From a virus (taxonomy: Duplodnaviria > Caudoviricetes), in the IMG/VR virus record IMGVR_UViG_2816332268_000002, positions 40,465-104,464 of that record: a DNA stretch of 64,000 nucleotides, one strand, 5' to 3'. A model generated the notes under the pieces. The model saw nothing but the letters and a program-made list of their open reading frames with translations, did not search any database and was not told the origin of the DNA. A program made the position numbers and the translations under genes. Below are positions 57,235-64,000 of this stretch, in pieces. Positions within the stretch are counted from its first letter, which is position 1, and each line of letters opens with the position of its first letter.

Positions 57235-57938
57235 TGCTGGTGACGATCATCGCCGATGCGTCGTGGGATCCGGAGACGGGCGCGGGCGGCTATGGCTACT
57301 GGTCTGTCTCGCAGCGCGGACGACGTTCTGGCGGCGGGGCGCTCAGATCGCTCGCGCGGAACAACAACGTCGCCGAAATGATGGCTGTCGTGAACGGAGT
57401 GCACATGGCGTTCGCCCACGAGATAGCGATGCCCGGCGATTCACTGCTTGCTCAGACGGACTGTCAGGCGGCGATTCTCGCGTTCGAGGGCAAGCGTGTC
57501 CTGAGCGTCGACGAAAGAATGATCGTCGAAGGGCTGAACAGACTGATCGCCGCGAATCGGGCAGACATCCGCTTCAAGCACGTCAAAGGCCACACGCGGG
57601 GAGAGGTTCCCCGGTTCTGGGTGAACAACCACTGCGACGGGCTGGCGAAGACGGGCATGCGTGAGGCACGCGCCCGTGTGAAAAGCGGTGCGCCCCCGGT
57701 CGCGGTCGAGAAACCGAGCCCACCAAAAAAGACACCCGAGCAACGCGCGGCGCAGCGGCGAAAGCGAGCCGCTGCCGAGCTCAGGAACAAGACGAACCTG
57801 CGCAAATTTGCGTTCGAAGAAACAGGAATTACAAGCGATGTGGACACCGGCGTTTTACCAATACCGCCTTGGGAAGAACAGCAAATACCTGAACAGCGTC
57901 TGGTTGGGGACGGTGTGGGCGTTTCTGTCGCTGCCTGA
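57231..57938 (+). CDS. rnhA: Ribonuclease HI-like protein
   Basis: ADAS; NNVAEMMA; TDCQ; HVKGH; N..CD.LAK. Confidence 0.85.
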   Translation: MMLVTIIADASWDPETGAGGYGYWSVSQRGRRSGGGALRSLARNNNVAEMMAVVNGVHMAFAHEIAMPGDSLLAQTDCQAAILAFEGKRVLSVDERMIVEGLNRLIAANRADIRFKHVKGHTRGEVPRFWVNNHCDGLAKTGMREARARVKSGAPPVAVEKPSPPKKTPEQRAAQRRKRAAAELRNKTNLRKFAFEETGITSDVDTGVLPIPPWEEQQIPEQRLVGDGVGVSVAA

Positions 57939-58116
57939 GCTACTGCTCTTCATGTGGCTGTTGCCCATATTTGACCGGCCGAGCACGTTCTTCGGCCGGA
58001 CGCGGGTGACGCTGCTCCTGATCCTCAAGCTGCCCATTCTCGGGTTGCTGGGTGGCGTGACCACCGAGGACGTGTCCGTCGAGGAAGTGCTGCGTCGCCT
58101 GCAGTCTGTCCAGTGA
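57838..58116 (+). CDS. Putative membrane protein overlapping the RNase H tail
   Basis: RBS CAGGA at about 57823; two hydrophobic segments. Confidence 0.45.
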   Translation: MWTPAFYQYRLGKNSKYLNSVWLGTVWAFLSLPELLLFMWLLPIFDRPSTFFGRTRVTLLLILKLPILGLLGGVTTEDVSVEEVLRRLQSVQ

Positions 58117-58154
58117 CGGGTTCTTAGACTGAAACCAGAGAAGGGAAGTGACGT

Positions 58155-58349
58155 ATGGCTACTTTTGCGTGTGACTGCGGTGAAGAACTGGACGAGGGCG
58201 CGGTTTCGTGCAGCGCAATCATCCCGCCGGCGACTGGCGAATCGGGTGATGTGCCTGCCGGGCACTCGCTTGTCATCACCGCGACGTGTCCCGAGTGCGG
58301 TGTCCAGCGCGCGGGCGTGTTCTCCGCAGACGACCTGACCGCCATCTGA
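58155..58349 (+). CDS. Small Cys-rich (Zn-ribbon) protein
   Basis: C.CG ... CPECG. Confidence 0.6.
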   Translation: MATFACDCGEELDEGAVSCSAIIPPATGESGDVPAGHSLVITATCPECGVQRAGVFSADDLTAI

Positions 58350-58391
58350 AGCAATGGGCCGGTTCGCCGGCCCACAACCACACTGACGACC

Positions 58392-58802
58392 ATGAAACGA
58401 GAATTCCAAACTGAAGAATTGACGGGCGCCGAGCTCGACTACTTCGTCGCTGTCGGGGCCGGCATCACGCACGAGAAGCCGCTGGGCGAAATGCGGCCGG
58501 GCCGCACGTTGATCCGTGAAGAGGACCAAGACGCCGACGGTCCGATCTCTTACTTCCGCGCATTTCAGCCGTCCTCCAACCCGACCGATGGCCACCCGCT
58601 GATCCAGGACGAGCGGATCAATCTGAACGCGCCTGGCCCGATGGGTGCCCCGGACCCGAAGAAGCTCTGGTTTGCGTTCATCGACACCGGTTCGTTTGCA
58701 GGCTCGAAGGCATGGTTCGGCGCTACGCCGCTCGAGGCAGCCTGCCACGCATATGTCGCCCTGAAGCTGGGTGACGTTGTCTCCTACACGCCGAGCGAGT
58801 GA
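58392..58802 (+). CDS. NinX/DUF2591-like protein
   Basis: EL.G.ELDY.VA...F.PS.N...G.PLI....I.L...G.TPL.AA...V...LG. Confidence 0.7.
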   Translation: MKREFQTEELTGAELDYFVAVGAGITHEKPLGEMRPGRTLIREEDQDADGPISYFRAFQPSSNPTDGHPLIQDERINLNAPGPMGAPDPKKLWFAFIDTGSFAGSKAWFGATPLEAACHAYVALKLGDVVSYTPSE

Positions 58803-58805
58803 CCC

Positions 58806-59099
58806 ATGAAAAAGCAGAACACCAACCCGCTGGATACGCTCGTTCTCGGCGACCGTGTCGGCAATTTCCAGCACATTGACACCTGCGATCACGGCAGCAT
58901 TGCAGAGGTCGTGGTGGCCTTCGGGGACGGCGATCCGTGCGAAGAAGGCATCGAACTCGCCAACCGCATCGTGGCACTTCCGAAGCTGATCGGCGCTCTC
59001 CAGAGCATCGGTGACGCGCTCGAAGAAGGTAGCGCCAGCATTTTCGACGCCATGACGGCCGCGCGTGAAGCGCTCGACGCTGCGGGGATCAAGCGATGA
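58806..59099 (+). CDS. Hypothetical protein
   Basis: Operon spacing. Confidence 0.6.
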   Translation: MKKQNTNPLDTLVLGDRVGNFQHIDTCDHGSIAEVVVAFGDGDPCEEGIELANRIVALPKLIGALQSIGDALEEGSASIFDAMTAAREALDAAGIKR

Positions 59100-59290
59100 C
59101 GCCCGAACACCGTGAGCAGCTGGAACTGGTGGTCCGCTGCGATCCGTCTCTGCTGATCTACTACATCAAGAAGTCCACCGGATTCGATCCGAAATTGGTC
59201 GAGCGTGTCTTCGAGCTCGCAAAGGACCAGGCGCGCACGCTGCTCGCCGCGGGCCAGAATGAAGTCAGCCACAAGGAAAACGCATCATGA
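59096..59290 (+). CDS. Hypothetical protein
   Basis: ATGA overlaps at both ends. Confidence 0.55.
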   Translation: MTPEHREQLELVVRCDPSLLIYYIKKSTGFDPKLVERVFELAKDQARTLLAAGQNEVSHKENAS

Positions 59291-59721
59291 TGTCTGTCGT
59301 TCAACACTGCCTGACCAAGATTGCTGAGGAAGCAAGCGAGATCGCACAGATCGCGCTGAAGGCGCAGCAGTTTGGGCTCAGCGAGGTCCAGCCCGGTCGT
59401 GAAGAATCGAACGCGCAGCGGATGTATGCGGAGCTCAACGACCTGCTGGCAATGGTGCACCGGTTGAGGAGCGTGTCAGGTGGCGAATTCCATTTCGTTC
59501 CTGACGAAGGCGCGATGGACCAGAAACGCGCGAGGGTAGCCAGCTATCTCGACTATTCGCAGCGGCTCGGGCTGGTAGCCGCGGGTGGAGCACCGACATT
59601 GAGCGCGGACGTGCGGGTCACGCTCGAAATGTTCATGTCGATCTACCGCTGCAAAGGGTGGGAAGGCGACGTCGCATATCAGCGCGCACAAGCAATCCTC
59701 GAAGGGGCGAGCAAATCGTGA
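59287..59721 (+). CDS. MazG-like helical protein
   Basis: L..IAEEASEIAQ...K...FG...ELNDL. Confidence 0.6.
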   Translation: MMSVVQHCLTKIAEEASEIAQIALKAQQFGLSEVQPGREESNAQRMYAELNDLLAMVHRLRSVSGGEFHFVPDEGAMDQKRARVASYLDYSQRLGLVAAGGAPTLSADVRVTLEMFMSIYRCKGWEGDVAYQRAQAILEGASKS

Positions 59722-60437
59722 GCACTGAAGATATCTTGGCGCGCGTCCACGCGTATGTGAGTCTTGATCGGCAGGTTCACTCGCGTGCCGGAAACGGTGC
59801 CCCGATCGCTGCCCGCGGTGAGGCATACAACCTGATGCGCGAGGCGATCGAAGCGGTCTGCAAGGAGCGCGACCACTGGAAGGCAAACCATGACGCGCAG
59901 GTGCAGCGTGCCCGTGTGCTGGTCGACCGCCCGGACATGCCGCTCGAGCGTGTGCGGGCATACCAGCAGATTGGCGAGCTCCAGCGTCAGGTCGAGGTGC
60001 AGCGCATGCTGCTTCAGGCGTTCTCCGGGCAGTTGCAGTGTCCGGAGAACGAAGATCCGATGGCAGACGACCAACGTAGCCGTGATCAGTCGATCGAACG
60101 GCTGACTGCCGCCTATGTTCGCCAGCAACCGCTGCCGGTCCCCGACCAGATGGCGCTCGTGTGGCGGGCCGACATCGGGCGTCTGCGAAATGACTGGATC
60201 CACAAGAACGCCTGTTTCGAGGAGCATGTCCCGATGATTCGCGCCATTCGCAAAGCGATCGCGGATTACCACTACGCGCTCGACAACCGACAGCATGGCG
60301 GCGTCGCGGTGAGCAACGCATTCGACGCGATCTGCAAAGCGATGGGCATGCAGTGGGAGCGGGGCAAAGAAGCCGCGCGTCGTGCCGAAGATCAGTCGCG
60401 AGAATTGAACCAGACGAACAACGGGGGCACCCCATGA
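59718..60437 (+). CDS. Hypothetical mosaic phage protein
   Basis: GTGA overlap. Confidence 0.6.
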   Translation: MSTEDILARVHAYVSLDRQVHSRAGNGAPIAARGEAYNLMREAIEAVCKERDHWKANHDAQVQRARVLVDRPDMPLERVRAYQQIGELQRQVEVQRMLLQAFSGQLQCPENEDPMADDQRSRDQSIERLTAAYVRQQPLPVPDQMALVWRADIGRLRNDWIHKNACFEEHVPMIRAIRKAIADYHYALDNRQHGGVAVSNAFDAICKAMGMQWERGKEAARRAEDQSRELNQTNNGGTP

Positions 60438-61147
60438 GCAAGACCAATGCGAGCAGTGCCGGCGCGCTGACGAAAGAAGTGGTAATGCGGGAGGCGCAGG
60501 AGCGCGTCTATCGAGACTCCGGCGACGACCGAACCGGTGACGTTATCGGCTTTGGCGAGTGGATCTGCGACAAGCTCGCCGCGCAGGGCGAAGACGATGT
60601 CCCGGAATGCAATGGCTCGCATTGCCATCGAGAGATCGCCGAGGGCGCCCCGGAATGCACCGCGTGTGCCGGTTCGCTGACGGATGAGCAGACGCTCGCC
60701 CGAGCCGCTGAACTGTTGGACACGCAGGGGCTGTCACCCGCACGTGACTACGCGGCGGACAACATTCGCAAGCTCCTCGCGGTATATCCTGTTGCCCGGC
60801 CTGCAGCAGCGCCGGAGATCTCGCCGGATGAATGTGCGCAGGACGTGTATAGCCACGGTCTGTCCATCGGACTTTTCGATATCCCGAAGGAGACTGCCAA
60901 TGCGATTTGTGCGCAGATCACGGCTGTCACGGGTGTCCGCGTCGACTGGCATTACTTCGCTGGGCGAGTCCATATGAAAGCACTCGTCGCCAATTCCGTC
61001 GCAAGCGAGCAGGCGGCATTCGTGAAGTTCTGGCGCGAAGTGGACGAAATGGACGCAGAGAAAACAGCTCAAGCGGCGTTCACCGCGGGTGTGACGTTCG
61101 CCCGCGCTGCACCTGCCGAAGCTACTTCCCGGTCTGTCGAAGGATAA
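60434..61147 (+). CDS. Hypothetical mosaic phage protein
   Basis: ATGA overlap; VDWHYFAGR module. Confidence 0.6.
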   Translation: MSKTNASSAGALTKEVVMREAQERVYRDSGDDRTGDVIGFGEWICDKLAAQGEDDVPECNGSHCHREIAEGAPECTACAGSLTDEQTLARAAELLDTQGLSPARDYAADNIRKLLAVYPVARPAAAPEISPDECAQDVYSHGLSIGLFDIPKETANAICAQITAVTGVRVDWHYFAGRVHMKALVANSVASEQAAFVKFWREVDEMDAEKTAQAAFTAGVTFARAAPAEATSRSVEG

Positions 61148-61295
61148 GGGAGCCGCCCCGATGACCCAGGCTCTCTAGCTGGTTCCTTCGGCCACAGTGG
61201 GGACAGAAGACGTAGATGCCGAAAGAGTCGATTCCGATCTTCTCGGCGTCGAAGTCCCATACCTTATGGCACTTGATGCACAACCAAGTATTCAC
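61122..61295 (-). CDS. 57-aa Zn-ribbon protein
   Basis: RBS GGAGG then GTG; CIKC ... CPHC. Confidence 0.6.
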   Translation of the reverse strand: MNTWLCIKCHKVWDFDAEKIGIDSFGIYVFCPHCGRRNQLESLGHRGGSLILRQTGK

Positions 61296-61326
61296 GGCGA
61301 CCTCCGACCGGTCGAAAGGACGAGAA

Positions 61327-61575
61327 ATGAACGATAGGGTAAATCCGTCAGAAAGCAAGGTCGCGCAGGCGGTAGATCAGGTAGACGATGTCCGCGAATG
61401 CCTGATGGATGTTGTTAGCCATAACCGCGACTTCGTGAACGCCTGCGAAGTGATGGGCGCCGAAGCGACGAACGCTGACGACGCCGCATATTGGAAAAAG
61501 CAGGTTGATGTGCTCCAGCGCATGAAGGCGCAGGCGGAACGTGCGCTGGCCCTCACCAACACGGGCAACTTATGA
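61327..61575 (+). CDS. Hypothetical protein
   Basis: RBS AAGGA. Confidence 0.55.
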   Translation: MNDRVNPSESKVAQAVDQVDDVRECLMDVVSHNRDFVNACEVMGAEATNADDAAYWKKQVDVLQRMKAQAERALALTNTGNL

Positions 61576-61766
61576 ACTGGACATTCCGCAGCGAGATTGA
61601 GCAGCGCGCCAAGGGCATTGTGTTCCACGAGGGCGGCACTGTTGACGATCGCGTTATCCAACGCGCACGTCAGGAAGTCATCGACGAAAAGATCGATAAC
61701 CTTTCGACGAAGGAGGAGCTGCGCGACATCCTGCGGTTTTTGGCGAAGGAAGCCGGCGTCATTTGA
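61572..61766 (+). CDS. Hypothetical protein
   Basis: ATGA overlap. Confidence 0.55.
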   Translation: MNWTFRSEIEQRAKGIVFHEGGTVDDRVIQRARQEVIDEKIDNLSTKEELRDILRFLAKEAGVI

Positions 61767-61820
61767 GATGTAAAGGCGATCCTGCGGGAGAGAAAATCGA
61801 CCGTTGCGCTGCGTTCATTC

Positions 61821-62351
61821 TTACGCCTCGTTGGGTCTGTCGGAGTCGTAGACAACCGTGTGATTGCCGTCCTCGTCGACGCTCTGGATCAGAACGTGTT
61901 CAGAGAGCCGCACACTGGCGTCTTCGTTGAGCCCTACGTGCAGCTTCCCTAGCCACTCGCCGAAGTAGGCTGCTGTCGTCGATTTCGGGTCGAGCTTTAT
62001 CTCATGAATGTTGTGCGCGGCTGCGACCTTCTTGGCACCGGATTGCAGCCCGCGAGGAGACACGAGGAACCCTCCGGCGGCATCGGTGTCCTGGATCTGG
62101 AAGACAAGCGAACCGGTAATGGCTTGGCTTATCGCGGTCTTCGAATGCTTCTTGCACTCCACCAGGAAGTGCGCAGTATTGCCCTCAGTCCAGCCGCGAG
62201 CGTCTACCTCCCATTCGGTCCCACTCTTCCCCGCGACATCCTGCTTTCCCTCGAACCTTGATAGACCGAATTCCGCCGCGCATTGATCTAGCACGAATGC
62301 CGCGATTTGCTCGTAAGTCTTCCATGTGGGATCGGTCTTCTTCTTCGCCAT
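61821..62351 (-). CDS. PD-(D/E)xK restriction-endonuclease-like protein (Mrr_cat type)
   Basis: YE...A....G.SG..WEVD......VECK.......G.LVS..GLQSGA...A. Confidence 0.8.
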   Translation of the reverse strand: MAKKKTDPTWKTYEQIAAFVLDQCAAEFGLSRFEGKQDVAGKSGTEWEVDARGWTEGNTAHFLVECKKHSKTAISQAITGSLVFQIQDTDAAGGFLVSPRGLQSGAKKVAAAHNIHEIKLDPKSTTAAYFGEWLGKLHVGLNEDASVRLSEHVLIQSVDEDGNHTVVYDSDRPNEA

Positions 62352-62433
62352 CTCTTCTCCTCGGTGGATCAGGTCAAGATTTAAACATATGAGGCGATGG
62401 ATTCCGGAACGGGAAGTCCTGCCGTTCCCCGAA

Positions 62434-62673
62434 CTACTCGCCGCGAGCCCAGCCCTCGACGTCAGGATCGAAGCGTGCGCCGGCCTCCATCTGCGCGCGA
62501 AACCATGCTTTTTCAGCTTCTTCCTCTTCCTCGATCGTGGGCCGGCCCTCGGCCTTACGCATTGCGTTCATACGATCGATGTCCGCTTGAAGGTCTGAAG
62601 CGAGCGCGGCAATATGAGTGGCCGCCCCATAGCCGATCGCATCGGCCAATTCCTTATCGAAAAATTTTGTCAT
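62434..62673 (-). CDS. Small hypothetical protein
   Basis: ORF between the integrase and the REase gene, same strand. Confidence 0.5.
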   Translation of the reverse strand: MTKFFDKELADAIGYGAATHIAALASDLQADIDRMNAMRKAEGRPTIEEEEEAEKAWFRAQMEAGARFDPDVEGWARGE

Positions 62674-62725
62674 AACCCGTTTACGACATATCGCGAGTAA
62701 GGTTTAGGGGCTGCCAAGAACTGTG

Positions 62726-64000
62726 TTATGCCGCGGCCTTGATTTCGGGTTCCCCTGCGTGCTCGACCGAGGCGGCCGCCAACTGCTCAAGATGAACATC
62801 GAGCTTGGAGATCCATTCCCGACGTTCCTTATCGTAGGTATGGCGGTTGTAGGCGCCTTCGACGCCACCTAGAACGTGTCCCAGCATCACCTCGCCCACG
62901 TCCCGAGGGCAGCCGAGTGACGCCAAGATCGTGCGAACGGTGCGCCGCAAATCATGCGGTGACCAGTGCGTTACGGTCAGTCTAGGGTGAAAGCCTCGGC
63001 TCTTGCTATAGGGCTGCCAGTGGTAGACGGCGGTCTGAACGATCAACTGGCTCGTAGCTTCTCCCTTCTTGTTGGGAAAGAGGGAGCCGTTTCCGAACCG
63101 TAGCATGCGAGCCAATACTATCTCTTTGGAGCGGCCCACCAGAGGAACTCGCATGTCGGTAGCGCTATCGACGTTGTGATTCTTGGTTTTGGCTTTCGGT
63201 ATGGTCCACCACCAACCGTCCGATTCCTCAGAGATTTCCGCTCCTTCCATCGAGCAGATTTCGCCGCCGCGTGTTCCGGTCCACAGGTAGAGAGTCAGGG
63301 CATCGTGGAGCAAGGTGGAGCAGCGGGGGAACCACCGGAACAATTCGATGAGTTCCGACGAGGACAGGACGCGCTTCTCTTTTCGTAAGGCGCCACCTTG
63401 TCGCTTCCCTTTGCTCCGTAGCTTGCCACGCATGATGTTTTGCCACCAGTTTGGCGTTGATTCTGGAATGCGGCCGGCGTCCATCGCGTGAATCCAGGCT
63501 AGGTTCAGTTCGCAGCGAAGCTTGCTTGCCATCGCAGGGATGTGCGCAAGGGATTGGAGCAGATCGAAGCATTCGGCGCGCTTCAGGTTCTTGATCTCGA
63601 TGTTCTCAATACTCGAGAGATACTGATCGAACATATATTGGACGAGGTCGGCGCCCTTGATCTTCCGTGCCTTGAGGACGTGCTCGTTGTAGTAGTCGGT
63701 GCACGCCATCCTGACCGTGTAGGGCGGTCTTGAGGCTTCCAGCTGCTGGTCGAGCAGGCGCTGCCTTTCGAGCTTTCGGTTAAGGGCGACGTCGAGCCCT
63801 GAGCTTCGAATGCGGCGTTGTTCTTCCCAAGCGGCGATAGCCGCGGCAAAGGGCAGGGCCGGCCACTCCCCGAGCTTGATCTGCTTCATCTTGCCGTCTA
63901 GGGGAGACTTGTATCGGTAGATCCAAGTCCTGCGTTTGGTGGTCGCAGCGATCCGAAGTCCGACGAAGCCGTCGATTGCTTCGTCAGTTCCCGGAGTCAT
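62726..64000 (-). CDS. int: Tyrosine integrase with arm-DNA-binding domain (probably 5'-truncated by the window)
   Basis: GLR....R.WIYRY...G.WP arm domain; TGTRGGE; KTK; HDLRRT; LGH; Y. Confidence 0.93.
   Translation of the reverse strand: MTPGTDEAIDGFVGLRIAATTKRRTWIYRYKSPLDGKMKQIKLGEWPALPFAAAIAAWEEQRRIRSSGLDVALNRKLERQRLLDQQLEASRPPYTVRMACTDYYNEHVLKARKIKGADLVQYMFDQYLSSIENIEIKNLKRAECFDLLQSLAHIPAMASKLRCELNLAWIHAMDAGRIPESTPNWWQNIMRGKLRSKGKRQGGALRKEKRVLSSSELIELFRWFPRCSTLLHDALTLYLWTGTRGGEICSMEGAEISEESDGWWWTIPKAKTKNHNVDSATDMRVPLVGRSKEIVLARMLRFGNGSLFPNKKGEATSQLIVQTAVYHWQPYSKSRGFHPRLTVTHWSPHDLRRTVRTILASLGCPRDVGEVMLGHVLGGVEGAYNRHTYDKERREWISKLDVHLEQLAAASVEHAGEPEIKAAA

Overview
GC-rich (Burkholderiales-like) segment of a large temperate siphophage genome, probably a prophage or phage-plasmid. 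Its gene content resembles SSU5/pHCM2-type phage-plasmids; this is inferred from gene content, not from a search. 1-12.6 kb: lambda-type tail tip (L, K, I-J), a long tail fibre and chaperones. 12.7-14.5 kb: lysis cassette with endolysin, holin-like genes, Rz and an embedded Rz1. 14.6-21.9 kb: replication genes (an Hfq/LSm-like gene, DnaB, primase, a WGR-like protein, ATP-dependent ligase). 23.2-23.7 kb: XRE-type repressor. 24-43 kb: VWA/MoxR pair, sigma-like factor, DnaE fused to a UDG-like domain, and a T4-like recombination set (UvsY-like, gp32-like SSB, 5'-3' exonuclease, RecA, SbcDC, RuvC). 44-51 kb: nucleotide metabolism (NrdAB, ThyX, MazG-like, kinase, Nmad5-like). 52-62 kb: RtcB, DnaQ, RNase H, many small ORFs and several minus-strand accessory nuclease genes. 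The window ends in a tyrosine integrase. The strongest non-coding signal is a 20-bp palindrome (RTAAGTMA-N4-TGACTWWW) found about 18 times at operon starts, often fused to a -10 box. Several promoters also sit inside inverted repeats that would hide the next gene's RBS. All protein calls come from motifs read by eye; no database search was run.
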